DNA from: Octopus vulgaris
Lineage: Eukaryota
Direction: 5' to 3'
Assembly: GCA_951406725.2 (NCBI GenBank)
Contig: OX597814.1
Location: forward strand, 215,326,001-215,390,000
DNA length: 64,000 bases
Part shown: one piece after another, positions 1-13,229 of the stretch
Numbering within the stretch: position 1 is the stretch's first letter
How the letters are laid out: every line of letters starts with the position of its first letter
The notes under the pieces: generated by a model
What the model saw: the letters and a program-made list of their open reading frames with translations, nothing else
Databases searched by the model: none
Told to the model about the DNA's origin: nothing
Position numbers and translations under genes: made by a program

Positions 1-75
1 TTGAGACTCGCACTCAGCTGTGCTCGTCTAATTTCTAACCGCCTAACCGCATATGCCTAAATACAAACTTACACA

Positions 76-173
76 TGTATGTATGTATGTATGTATGTAT
101 GTATGTATGTATGTATGTATGTATGTATGTATGTATGTATGTATGTATGTATGTATGTATGTATGTATGTATG

Positions 174-222
<49 letters not shown>

Positions 223-252
223 GTATATATATATATATATATGTGTGTGTGT
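76..252. repeat. Compound microsatellite (TATG)n-(TATC)n-(TA)n-(TG)n
   Basis: Directly visible; explains the MYVC/IYLS pseudo-ORFs. Confidence 0.97.
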
Positions 253-1100
253 GCATATAAGATAACCGAAATCATTTCTAAAATCGACAATTATCAATAG
301 TTTCCAAAAGAAACAGAAAATTAAGATGTCTGTATTCACCAACAGATATATAGATACTTTATTTCCAATCTAAAAATGTTTTTCACTTTTAACCCAGACT
401 TTGTTTATTTTCTGATAATTATTATGATAACTTAATAACACCAACTATTATGCAATCTCTCCATATTTATCTATGTGACAAGCATCACATTTCACTTGAT
501 TTCCCCCCTGTCAGCCATTGGCATTTTCTGTTCTATGTAATAAATTGTTTGTTTATATTTGTTTGACTACTGTGTAGATGTTTTAAAGAAACTATTGATT
601 CGTATATATCATCCAATGTATTCCATTTTGTCTTTTAATTTAGTAGAGTTTAATCTGAAGTTGGGTTGCTATTTCTAGCAGGTTCGCTATCAGATACGCG
701 CTTTCTTATTGGCTTCCCTCGTGTCCAAGTTATACCAAGTGAGGATGATTTACACGCTCGTCTGGAAAGTTATGAAAACATTCGTTAGTTATTGCAGTGC
801 TTTCAGGCTCATAGTTGTACCTATACACTTATTTGTGATATTTGCTTTAAGACTTATTGATTGAGCCAATAAATATCTTATTGCACTGGGTATGCCACAG
901 CAGTATACTAGTGACGGATTAACAACATTTCTGTTAATCTTCTGTTTTATCCGGCTGAACCTCGAATTAGAATTAAAAGTTCAGTATGTATTTCTTGAGA
1001 CGATATTCTCCAAAATCATTTGTTTTTTTGAGACGTGATTAGAAATAAGCTTACAGTGATATTTTATATTCTCATGCTATATGATTTTATCCAATAATGT

Positions 1101-1229
1101 GAAGGTGTGTGGCTTAGTTGTTAAGGTGCTATGCTCATGATCATATAAGATTGTGAGTTCTACTATAGCCTCAGGCCGACCAAAGCCTTGTGAGTGAATT
1201 TGGTAGACGGAAACTGAAAGAAGGCCGTC

Positions 1230-1312
<83 letters not shown>

Positions 1313-1522
1313 GTGTGTGTGTGTGTGTGTGTGTGTCTGTGTTTGTCCCCCCAACATCGCTTGACAACCGATGCTGGTGTGTTTACGTCCCTGTAACGTA
1401 GCGGGCCGATAGAACAAGTACTAGGCTTACAAAGAATAAGTCCTGGGGTCGATTTGCTCGACCAAAGGCGGTGCTCCAGCATGGCCACAGTCAAATGACT
1501 GAAACAAGTAAAAGAGTAAAGA
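1101..1522 (+). mobile_element. tRNA-derived SINE, family B body with internal (TA)n(TG)n, joined to a decayed tRNA-like head
   Basis: Body CTACTATAGCCTCAGGCCGACCAAAGCCTTGTGAGTG...GGTGCTCCAGCATGGCCACAGTCAAATGACTGAAACAAGT matches reverse-strand copies at 11355-11793 and 53496-53918. Confidence 0.88.
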
Positions 1523-1760
1523 GTGTGTGGATTTGTTGTTAAGGAACTGTTCTCATGATCATGTAAGATCGTGAGTTCACCTCCTGGTTCGTGCTTCACG
1601 CTATGACCTTGAACATGGCATTTCATTTTATGTTGCTCCAGTCTACTCAGCTAAAAACGAGTGCAAGCCAAATGCTGGTGAAGCCTTTTCAGCTGTTACA
1701 TCCAGAGTTTTCTACTGGACCAATGGTGGCAGGACCAAGTGTTTATCTGTATCCTTGCGA
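1523..1760 (+). mobile_element. Decayed SINE, family C
   Basis: tRNA-like head, then TTTCATTTTATGTTGCTCCAGTCTACTCAGCT similar to the 35347-35670 copy. Confidence 0.65.
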
Positions 1761-2059
1761 TAACGTAAGCATCTGTACATAAAAAAATTTAACGAAAACA
1801 TGAAAAATGTTACGAGGTCATTCTCGCTTACAGGTAACGGCTTTGCTTTAACTCTAAATTTGTAATGGGAAGACTGACTTGTACATTGTTAACCGCAATT
1901 TTTATAAATGATGTCACATACTTGCTACTTAGTTCATTGACAGACCAACATTAGTGCCATTACCTGATCACTTGTACCTTTCCCAGGGTTCCACTTTGTT
2001 GCAAATATTTGCCTGGGTCTCACAGTCATGGCGATTCATAGGTGGCGGAGTCGGAGAAA

Positions 2060-2470
2060 CTGCGATAGGGGAAGGCACGCCCCCTATCATTTGTGGGTGG
2101 GATGGGAAGAAGAAAAGCAAGGTAGGTGTGAGGGACTGTGGGACTGTAGAAAACAGAAATCATGAAGGTGAGGGTAGGATGGTCGAAAGACACAGTAATG
2201 TCGAGTAAAGTTAGGGAAATATCGGAGAAGAAGGAGGTGAAATGGAGAGAAGAGTGAAAAGAGCTGACAACGGGGATGAAACAGCTTTGCTCTTCGCGGG
2301 AGAGAGTGCCAGCATTGAAATATTTATCAATGCAACGGTTGTCTAGATCTAATTTGGGACCAGGGAGATGGGAAAAGATTTGGGACTCAGCGTAGCCAAC
2401 AAACAAGTTGGTGTAGTTGGGACACGTTCTCGTACACAAAGCTATTCTAATGTATTGCTCATAGACTTCG
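2060..2470 (-). pseudogene. Penelope-like element reverse transcriptase remnant
   Basis: Translation CPNYTNLFVGYAESQIF...LDNRCIDKYF...FHSSLHFT...LTLLDITV...VFYSPTVPHTYLAF follows the PLE RT pattern GPxYANLFVG...RYIDD...FHPxLxFT...FLD...YxKPTxxHxYL; catalytic YIDD has decayed to CIDK. Confidence 0.85.
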
Positions 2471-2850
2471 CTTGCGTAGGAGAAACAAATGTGCACGAGA
2501 ATAAGTTCTGCTAGACAGAAGAGGTAAAAGGGGAGGCAAATAGCAGTGTGGAGATCATGGGAGTGCTGGAAGGGATGGGCGCAATCGTCGTGAGAAACGA
2601 TGATGTATGTGTGTGTGTGTGTATGTGTGTGTTTGTTTGTGCATGGATTAGTATGTGCGTGGGTGTGTATGTGCATGTACATATGTATGTATAAATGGAG
2701 GACAGTTTTTCTGATACACATTTGATCAAATCATAGTCTAAACAAATTCTAGCAATAATGCCTACAACAATTGCATTTCACCCCCCCCCACACACACACA
2801 CACAAGTACGTATGTGTAAATAAAATAACCACTTGGATATATATGTGTGT

Positions 2851-2897
<47 letters not shown>

Positions 2898-5270
2898 CAC
2901 CTTAACATTGTGTAGTTACTACGTACTATAATGTTTATTGATTATCAAATCAATTTTTTCATGAAATATTAAACTTAGATGTTCAGTGATTTGAAATCAA
3001 ATTTCCAAACCTCTTCGTTGAATCTAAATTTCCAATCTAAAACAAACTATTTTGGCACCATAACACATTTAACACGTTTAATTTCAGCATACACCGAATG
3101 ATCTGTTTTCATAGTTAATCAGCTTAGCTCTACATCCAACATTTTAGAATGTTAGAAACAAGTAAGCCATTCATTCATCTAAATGTAACACATTTTCTCA
3201 CCGTTATATGCAGTCCAAGCCACATATAGAGAATCTAACTCCACATGCCTACATACGCTTGGGGAAAAATACAGATTTCTACGATAATGATCATACAAAC
3301 TTAATGCATCAACAAAATATAAAATGAAAAAAAAAATATACCAAGTATATACATTTAACTGCCTACTTCATTATCTCCACAACAGAATTATTTCATGTTA
3401 AACTGAAAGGATAATTGCAGAATTCAGGTATATTAAAATGAATCAAGATTTCTGGCATAATCTTTTTTTTAGCATCAATTAGGACTGTTCTTATAGTACG
3501 CTGCATCGCTGTTTTTTAAGTATGAACACAACACATTTTTCTTTAAATTTTGTTTCTGCAGATACCAATGTAGAATCAATTTTATATCACATAGTACACT
3601 AAAACATGTAAATAGGAATGATAAAGCAAAACGCTAAACCTCATCACGCAGTTATTTTGTTCCTTATTTCATAGGATACCCTTCATTCTATTAAATCACC
3701 TGCAATGAAAGGATTTATTTATAAATACAGAGACAGTCATCTAAAATAGGGAAAATATACTTTGCTTTGATTTCAGGTGGTTTTTTATTTAAAATTCATG
3801 ATAATTATTTGTAATTTTGGTAAAAAGCTGGCAGTTTTGAGGACAGAGAAAGTCGATTGCATCAACCCCAGCGCTCAATTCGTACATATTTTATGGAACC
3901 TGTACTAAACTGGTGCATTATTTATTGACATGTAAAGATGAAGGGCAAATTGGTTTCAGCGGATTTGAATGTAGAACACTGAGATCCATAACTAAGGCAT
4001 TCTGTGTGTCTCTTTACCGATTCGAACTATTTACCACCGTTTAAGTGGTTTTAACAGAATGTATCAAGTGAATTGATTTCAGCTAGGAAACAAAATAGGC
4101 GTCTCGAAATCAGATCACAAAAAGCCCATTCCTATTTTTAGCATTCACTATTGTGAGCTAGATTATATCTGGCTCTTTACTTACTCTCAGTCAAAAGACA
4201 GATAAATTAGTAGCTTATTGGTAATTATTTCTTCGATTCTAAAGATATTAGAGACCGGGTAGATGAGATTTGAACAGACAGCACACAAAAACGCAACTGA
4301 ATGACATAATGTATGTAGTCCGACTCTCAAATGTCTATAATGCTGATTTAATTTAGCACAATGTTAATTTCGGTACATCACGGATATAGTCAACTGAGCC
4401 GTCTCTGAAACACTTCGGGCATTTATTTGATCTATTCTTTAAGAGCAAAATGTATTTACTCCAGCGACAAAACTTGATACCGCAATGCAGGCGTTCGTAC
4501 CGTCGTTTTGCAGGCATTAGATAAACATTTTAATAAAATAATATCCCAGAATATAATTATTTACCGCAGCTAGGGAATCTTATTGCTTTTATAAAATCAT
4601 TTCTTTTTCAAGATGAACGTTTATTTTATTGTAATTTATTGCTTTGATAGAATATCTATCAAATATAAAAAACTCTCTCTTTTCTCCTTTAAATCCTTGG
4701 TAAAAGATTAAGTTTGATTTCTGACTTGAAGATTATAACGTTTTAAGTAATTAGAAATGAAACAATTATTCTTTATATTTCTTATTACTGGTAGTTTCCT
4801 TTTGTCTATAATCTTTGGATTACTGTTGCATTGTGTGAATCATTTCAAGATTTTGCATGTTCTGTCATCGTTTGAACAGAATTACTTCTAAGTTAAGCCA
4901 CAGAACAATAAATAACAAAGAACATTTTTATTTGAACAATGATGTAATAATGTTATTTAACTATAAATAATGAGGACGTGACTGCTTTCTTCTTATGAAT
5001 TAATTAAATAAAATGCTAAAAACTATCTTATTAGTGTAACAGACTGACTTAAATGCCACAAGATTTATTGTGAAACGTCTCGTAAAAGAAACGTAACCAC
5101 CAAGGAAACGACTAAGACGTGATTAAGTCAACAAATAACAATAAATTATTTTGAAAGAACCACGTTAAAGACGATTAAGGGTTTGGAACTATTTATCGAC
5201 GCATTTAATGGAAATGTCTGTTATGCTAGAACGGTATTATTATTACTGTAGAAATTGTTGACGTGCTTAC

Positions 5271-5344
5271 TGCCGTCATCGCTGATAAAAATAATAATAA
5301 ATAACTACAAGTAACAGCAGAATACTCCGAAAGAATTCTGTCAT
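5271..5344 (-). CDS. Candidate 74-nt exon (xDRILSEYSAVTCSYLLLFLSAMTA, or a 5'UTR exon with a terminal ATG)
   Basis: Minus-strand acceptor TTAATCTTGTTGCAG| and donor |GTAAGC; one open frame, phase 1 to phase 0; no homologue recognised. Confidence 0.35.
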
Positions 5345-5717
5345 CTGCAACAAGATTAACGACTGTAATAAAGCAATGAATTTATAACGAATTCTGGAAA
5401 TTTGAGAATTGTTCCTTCTATCACTGTTCTGGGTGGGAGAAGAAGAAGAAGAGGTAAAATTCTGCAAATAGCGCATAGTCAAATTATTTTAATTAGTTTG
5501 TAACTTAAGAAGAGACAATTCCGTGTTTTATAAATTTAAACATTTTGGAGAGTCAAAATCCAAGTCTTTCAATCTTTGTAAACATTTAAAAATACTCAGA
5601 TAACAAGTTTAGCAAACCGATACACGTCGGAGACAAAAGTGAGAACAATTCGAGGCAAAGAGCGATGAAAACGTTGTTTGTGATTAATGGAGTAGTAAAG
5701 CAACAACAACAACAACA

Positions 5718-5933
5718 ATCCTTTCTACTAAAGGCCCATGGCCTGAAATTTTGAGGGCGGGGACTAGTCGATTACATCGACCCCAGTGTTTCACTGGTAC
5801 TTAATTTATCGACTCCGAAGTAATGAAAGGCAAAGACGACCTCGGTGGAATTTGAACTCAGAACGTAAAGACGTTCGAAACGCCGCTAAGCATTTCGCTC
5901 GGCGTGCTAACGACTCTGCCAGCTCGCCGCCTT
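5718..5933 (-). mobile_element. SINE family A (tRNA head plus Meta-like central domain), tail type 1
   Basis: Reverse complement reads GGCGGCGAGCTGGCAGA...GTTCTGAGTTCAAATTCC...TTTGCCTTTCAT...GGGGTCGATGTAATCGAC; flanked by (AAC)n on both sides. Confidence 0.93.
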
Positions 5934-7564
5934 AACAACAACAACAATAACGTGTATGTATGCATGTATGTGTGTGTGTGTGTGTGCGTGTGTGTGGCTT
6001 TTAGTGTGTGTGTCTGTGGCTTCAAATGTATTCTTCAAATAATACATTTGAAGAATGTGTTTGCTCTAAATTAACATGTCTTTAAATTCCTGCCTGTGTT
6101 TGCCAAGTGGTATTGGAGTACACAGCGAATAAAGAAAGAAAAAAGAAAGAAGAAAGAAAGAAAAGGAGAATAAGATAGCGTGTGCGAGAAAGAGAGAGAG
6201 AAGTAGGGGGGAGTCTGATATGTTAGATGTCCATCTTCATGTGATTTCTGACAAGTGCGTCGTCTCCAGTAATTCATCTTTAAATGTGCACTGAGGTTGA
6301 TGTAATCGACTGGGCCCGCCTCCCACAAAATTTCGGGCCTTGTGCCTAGAGTAGAAGAGAATGAAAGTAGGATACGGTAGCATTTAATGTATTTTGAAAA
6401 GCTGAGTATTGCAAAGTAAGTATAGAGTTATTGGTAGTAATTGACAGTGGTTCATTGATAAAAAGGATGCAGGAAGTTAGTAAGAAGACAACATTTTGTA
6501 TTTGTGAATGGAGGGTAAACAGGGCAAAACCGACGTAATATGTTGAGATCTATAATAAAGCTTCAGTTTCGTTTATGGACGCATGGAGATGTGACGCGTT
6601 ATGAAACAAACACAAGATGAACTAGAATATAAGACACAACTAAAACTGATCTATCACTTGTATAAAGATGTCATAGATAGCTGTGGTAGTTCTTGATGAT
6701 GTTATTGATGTTGTTACTGTTGTTGTTGTTTAACTAAAAACCAACGACCCTCAGATGTAACCAAAAGCAGTGCAACAACAGTCACATCGTTTTGGGGGTT
6801 AGCAAGACTACACTCTAAGCTTCCCTTTCCCTCTTTAAGACGTAAGGTGCCATTTGAGAAATTATTGATTGTTATTTCTAGCAAATCGAGTGACAACGTA
6901 GCGTCCTTTTTTTAATTCATATTTGTTTAAACTCTGATCAAAATCACTTATAATCAAATGTATTCCGACCGTGACCATTTTGTTTTTTCTTAACGTGCAA
7001 GAAACTTAAGATTATATAATTTTCTGTCCTACGGTATGACGATAGGTGATGATTTGAAGAAAAGTCGACTACTGTTTCGAGCAGAAAGGCCTGATCGATG
7101 GCTCGTCCCAGCGATAGCTTTATGCTATGATAAAATTAAAGTTTGTGGTGCTTCTCTTTTAATTCAGTATATAAATATTAACACACTAGAAATAAACTGA
7201 AATAAATGAAAATATTTTGTCCATGTTGAAATGTGACAGAAAACTTTTTATATTAATGAAGATGTTTTAAAAGTAACTTGGCAACACCGTCTTTTTTTTC
7301 TATGAACCAAGTAGAGAGGTTTCTCTGGAGTGGCACAAGTTCAGTCTTTTGAGGAGTGTTGATATAGCTTATTCAATTACTATATACCAATTAAAGCTGA
7401 TAAAAACTAGATATGAGCCTAACATATAAGTATTTGAAATATTACAATATTTAGACACATTATAAATTTTTACATTAATTCGCCAGCATATTATTGGAAC
7501 TTATTTTATCGGCTGTCAACTCCGAAAGGATTTGAACTTATAAAGAAAGACAACTGAAAAATGA

Positions 7565-7770
7565 TTTCAAATTTTTGGTACGAGACCAGCACTTTCGGAG
7601 GAGGGAACAACTCGATTACATCGACCCCTAGAGCTGAATTGGTACTAATTTTATCGATCTCGGAAGGTAACGTCGACGTCGGCAGAATTTGAACTCAAGG
7701 CATAAAGACAGACAAAATACCGCTTAGCATTCTGTCCGGCGTGTTAACGATTCTGCCAGCTCGGCACCCT
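7565..7770 (-). mobile_element. SINE family A, diverged
   Basis: GATTACATCGACCCC...GAATTTGAACTC...GATTCTGCCAGCTCG. Confidence 0.8.
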
Positions 7771-8477
7771 GAGATAAATAGTTCAAGGAATTTAATTGTG
7801 ATTCTACCGTTTCTTTCCTACAACTGTCAGACAAATATTCAAACGAGATCGTCTTACATTTGGTATTTTAAATTTTATTTTACATATAATTTTTCTATTT
7901 ATCCAGCCAATATTACTGAGAAGTAAGTGACATATTAGTCCCTTAATGTTGATACCTGCTATTCAGGCTAATGCTTTATTTATCTTTATGTTCAATTTAT
8001 TAAAAAAGTCTTTGTTATGTACAAGTTGGTTGGCAAATTTTCATAATTTATCATCAAAGATTTATTCTTGTTTAAGATATCCATATTTATAGGCTTTGAA
8101 ATCACAGAGGAATTTTATTCGAAAAATATTTAAATATATGTAGTTATATATTTAGAAATCAATAATTTCTTAAATTCTTTTAAATTACGTAATGTCCAAT
8201 TCTGTTAGAAAGAAGCGTAACTCCTCTTCCTACAGTTGTGAGCTGAAACTGAGACGAATTAATATTTCTCTCACATTTCAATAAGTGTTTTTTTTCCTTT
8301 TTTTTTACAATTTGAGAATAACACGCCAGAGTTATTAAGTTTTTATAAAATATTTCAGTTATATTTCATCTGTGCCATATATAACTATAATATGAATGTT
8401 AGGAAAAGAATAAATATAGATGAACCTATAGATACTTGGGCTAAATCTTGTGTTTTGAATAACGGTATATTCCAATA

Positions 8478-8712
8478 AAGGCAGCATGCTGGCAGATGCG
8501 TTAGCACGACGGACAAAATGCTTCGCGGCATTTCGTCTGCCGCCACGTTCTGAGTTCAAATTTCGCCGAGGTCGACTTTGCCTTTCATCCTTTCGGGGTC
8601 GATTAAATAAGTACCAATTACGCACTGGGGTCGATATAATTGACTTAATCCATTTGTGTGTCCTTGTTTGTCTTCTCTGTGTTTAGCCCCTTGTGGGTAG
8701 TAAAGAAATAGG
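8478..8712 (+). mobile_element. SINE family A, tail type 2
   Basis: Full head and core; tail TTAATCCATTTGTGTGTCCTTGTTTG...TTTAGCCCCTTGTGGGTAGTAAAGAAATAG as in 51905-52136. Confidence 0.92.
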
Positions 8713-8734
8713 CATTTCTCTGGTTTTACGTTTT

Positions 8735-8860
8735 GAGGTCGCCTTTAACTTTATCCTTTCGGGGTCGATAAAGTAAGTTCCAGTTGTGCACTGAAATCGA
8801 TGTAATCGATTAGCCTCCTTCCCTAAAATTCCAGGTCTTGTGCCTATACTTGAAAGGATA
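8735..8860 (+). mobile_element. 5'-truncated SINE family A, tail type 1
   Basis: TCCTTTCGGGGTCGATAAAGTAAG...CTTGTGCCTATACTTGAAAGGAT. Confidence 0.75.
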
Positions 8861-9799
8861 ACATAACTTTCCAAATTAATTTGCTCTAAGAAACAAATTC
8901 TATAAATAGCACCCGGAATTAACATTTATAATTAAGTGGACATTTTCTATAATTTCTGTTTCCATCTAGATTAAACTGGTTCCTTTTGTTATGTTGCTTT
9001 ATCTTTCATCTGGAACTATTGAAGTTTCTCTGAACGGCTCATTAATGTCATGATATTTACTTTACGTTACTTTGGTCTTCTTTATATTTGGTCAGCTTAA
9101 GCCAGCAGTATTAAGTAAGTAATCATTGATATTTTATGTAAAAGCAGTTGCTTTCAGCCGTATCTTATGATACATTGGCTTTAAATTATTAGGAATTTTC
9201 GTGTTTCATCTCCATATCATACTATAACATTAAAAAAAAATTTGTTGCTATGGAATCCATCATTTAATCGTGTCTGCAATAACTTAGTTGTAGTCTAGAA
9301 TAATTTTCTTATGAATTTCTTTGAAGGTGTTCTAGAAGAATTTTCTTATTATAAATTCTTCGAAGGCAACGACCTGACAGAGCGTTAGAACGTCGGCAAC
9401 AAATAGTTATGGTGGTTCTTTTGGCTCTATATCTTTATGCCCTGAGGTCAAATCTTACCGAGTTCAACTCTGTTGTTCATCCCTCTGGAATCGATAAAAT
9501 AATGTTCTACTTTATTACTAGGCTCGATGGTATATTCTAAGTCCCTCACCCCCAAATTGCTGCTGTTGTTCCTAATGAAAATAAGTTCTTTTACTGCTGT
9601 TATGCCAGTTGAAAATAAGTTCTTTACTTTTATGAAAATCCCTGCCAGCGTTTATTCTCTTTCCCTGTCTTTCTTAATTATTCTGGATATAAGTCTCTTA
9701 TCAATTCAAAGTGCTTAAATAAGTTTTGGTAGTATTTTAGGGCAATTCAGAAGAATATCTTTAATTATCCAAAATATACATATTTTAGATAATACATAA

Positions 9800-10420
9800 C
9801 GTGTTCGCCCTCGGATGCTATGACACTTCAGATGAGTTAGATGGTCGGAGCTCCGTCTGTTTAATACTAACACTGCTAGCACAGTTCTTCATCAGATCCA
9901 TTAGAAAAAAACTAGATGCATAACAGAAGCTATTCTCTCAGATGTGTCCTTCCACAGCCCATAGACAGTAACAACTCTGTGCACTAGGATCTCATAAGGT
10001 TTCAATCAAAACTGTGCTACAACTGTTCAGGCAGAAAATACCAAGGCCTACAACACCTGGAGAATCTCTCCCAATCCTCGAAACCGACTGGAATTAACCC
10101 GACATCACAACTCTTTTAAGACAATTATATAGACTCCTTCTCCCCTCTTGTTTTCGCTCGCATTGTGTCCAAGACACAGACGCTGTACTAATCCTTTCCT
10201 CCCCCAGAACGTCAGCCCCTGGAATTCCTTCTCCGTTCCTGTCTGTGTCAACTGGAAAAGCATTAGAGAGTCCGTCTCTTCAATCCGCTCGTAGCGCCGC
10301 CTGCCTGATGTCCGTGACCAAAGAGGAGATAACTACTCCAAAATGTTTGCATCTCACGGTCAGCAAGCTGATCTAGGTGTATACACACCATCTGTCAACA
10401 AACGGGATATATTTTCCGTG
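9800..10420 (+). mobile_element. Decayed 3' end of a CR1/L2-type LINE
   Basis: TACTAATCCTTTCCTCCCCCAGAACGTCAGCCCCTGGAATTCCTTCTCC resembles the terminal SFFPRTxxxWNSLP motif; locally raised GC. Confidence 0.5.
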
Positions 10421-11354
10421 CCAAAACGCAGTGAGTAGCTTGTTCTCCAGTTCGAACTTGCCTCAAGCATATTTGGACTGATAATAACATTGCAATTTCA
10501 CTTATCACTGCTTAGCTCTCACCCGCCATTGTAACATCAGAGAATATATAACGTATGAGAGTAATATTATAAGACGATATAACCTTCATACGTTGAACAT
10601 ACATTTCCCCTATTTACAACAATCAACTTGATGTATTATTTGGTCAACGGTGCTATTGAAACTTGCTTTGACCAAACACAGCACCAGAACAAAAAGCTTA
10701 TTTAGGTTCCTACGCTACCTGACTACAACTCTTCGGGCGAAAAGAAGCCATTTCATATATATATGTGTGTATATGTGTGTGTGAGTGAGTGTGTGAGTGT
10801 GTGTGTGTGAATGTGTGTGTGTGAGTGTGTGTGTGTGTGAATGTGTGTGTGTGAGTGTGTGTGTGTGTGAATGTGTGTGTGTGAGCGTGTGTTCGAAATG
10901 TTAGCTATACTCATATATAAAGCGTATAACTTGTATGTTGTACATACTAGTAGGCGTAGCTGTGAATTCAAGTGCTTTCTGAGTCATATAACGAGATAAT
11001 TATCAATTCATTTTGGTTTATAACACAAATCTATAAATAATGGCCAATTAGCACATAAAAAAATGTTTACTCATCTTTGTGTGATCATGTATGTCAAATG
11101 GTTTAATTTTATATTACGTTTTATAATGCTCCTGTTGTCTATTAGACGTGATTATCTCATCTGTCAGTTTCTATTTCATCTTCGACATGCGCACAATGTT
11201 TAATTTGCTCCAAAATGCTTTGATAGGCTTCTTTTTGAGAATAAGGTTTCTTGAATAGTAAACGTTTTCAGTAAATGACAATTTCTAAAGTGCATAGAGG
11301 CTAGCAAAAAACAGAAACTGGAAGAAATAATTGAAGCCTTTATTACTTGTCAAC

Positions 11355-11585
11355 TCTTTTACTATTTTACTTGTTTCAGTCATTTGACTGCGGCCATGCT
11401 GGAGCACCACCTTTATAGTCGAGCAAATCGACCCCCCCCCCGAGCTTATTCTTTGTAAGCCTAGTACTTATTCTATCGGTCTCTTTTGCCGAAACGTTAA
11501 GTTACGAGACGTAAACACACCAGCATCGGTTGTCAAGCGATGTGGGGGGGAGACAAACAGACACATACACACACACACACGCACA

Positions 11586-11656
<71 letters not shown>

Positions 11657-11793
11657 CAAATCCACTCACAAGACTTTTGGTCGACCTGAGGCTATAGTAG
11701 AAGACACTTGCCCAAGGTGACACGCAGTGGGACTGAACCCGGGACCATGCGGCTGGTAAGCAAGCTACTTACCACAGAGCCACTCCTGTGCCT
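11355..11793 (-). mobile_element. SINE family B (tRNA head, CORE-like segment, internal microsatellite)
   Basis: Reverse complement reads GGCACAGGAGTGGCTCTGTGGTAAGTAGCTTGC...GGTTCAGTCCCACTGCGTGTCACCTTGGGCAAGTGTCTTCTACTATAGCC. Confidence 0.92.
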
Positions 11794-12278
11794 ACTGTTA
11801 ATAAATTTAGTGAAACTATTCCAAGTTAGGATCGAAACTAAACCACGGGTAAATTTTCCGTTAGTTCTAGCTTTGACTTTTTAAGGAATACAAAAGGGGA
11901 AAGCGATGACGTTTATGCCTGAAGTGAACGAAAGAGGTTGGTTGGTCTTTTATGTTTTACTGCATTCAATAAATATCAGAAAATGAAAATAAATAAACAA
12001 TGAAATGATTTTCAATCATTGTTAGTTGTTCCAAACAAACGAAGAACTATTACACTTTCAGATCATTTGAGGTCTTCAAATACTTGAAATCTGACAAGAA
12101 CTAAATAACGTTTTCCATTGCTTTTACAAACGATACTCTAATATTGTTTAGTGTCTCCTTTTCGGTAGAGGAAAGAAAATAATGGTTTTGACAAATCTAA
12201 ACATAAGCTGTATCGCCACATTATGTAAAAGCTGATTGAATTATTTAGCTAATTGTTTGAAGTTCTATAAATTGAGGC

Positions 12279-12482
12279 TAGTTCTTACAAAACAAGTCAG
12301 CGAATGAATAATCTATACTTATATCAGATCCAAGATTTGTTTAGAATCTACTTGGAAAAGTGGAAAAGAAAAGAATGAAGTTAGTTCTTACAAAAGCAGT
12401 CAGCGAATGAATAATCTATATTTACATTGGATTCAAGGTTTGTTAAGAATCTTTTGGGAAAAATGGAACCGAAAAAGAATGA
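12279..12482 (+). repeat. Diverged tandem duplication, about 103 bp x2
   Basis: TAGTTCTTACAAAA..AGTCAGCGAATGAATAATCTATA at 12279 and again at 12382. Confidence 0.85.
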
Positions 12483-13229
12483 TGCAATTACTTTACTAGT
12501 GAAAGGGTTATTGTACAATCTGATCTAAAGAGACCTAATAGCTTTTAAAAAGCTATTTGTATTTCTGACGCTTTTTCTACTGTGTAGAAAATGTTACAAT
12601 CCTATTATTGTGCAAACTTTCCAAAAGCTTTCTGACCATCTCCTTCAAAGAGAGATACGCCTGATGAAATTACTGCTATGATATTGGGAAAATATAACAA
12701 AGTAATCTGTTTAAAAAAAACAGCAACAAAAATCTTAGTAAATAAGCAAATACATATATAAAATTCTTCCAATTATGTATAAATACATTCTTTCATAATT
12801 ATTTTTATTATCTCTATCCAAAGGAAACGAAATCAACTAATAGTATTTGCATCATAGAAAAATAACAGTTAATTGTTTTTTTAATTTGAGTATATGTCTG
12901 GAGAGAGAGAGAGAGAGAGAGAGGGAGGGAGGCTGTCATAGAAATGGAAGACAAAGAAAGTGCCACTGTGACGGTAACAGACAAGTAGTCGAGGCGTCAG
13001 GAATTCGTATCCTATATAAGTTCACAGGCAATATTTAAATCTGGCAAGCTATCTTCAAGTATAATGCCTTGTCTAAATCTTTTGGAGGAATACAAATAAA
13101 TGTTTGTGATGAACCATTGTCTTATCCAGGAGGAGAATTGGCTCTCATCTAACGAAAGCTGAGATGAGCACGAAACATCACACAAGGAAACATTGTGTGT
13201 GCGTGTGTGTGTATATATGTATATACACG

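Noticed and set aside
6020-6056. Small overlapping inverted repeat CTTCAAAT...ATTTGAAG
   Set aside because: Short, AT-rich and single-copy; most likely a local template switch with no sign of function
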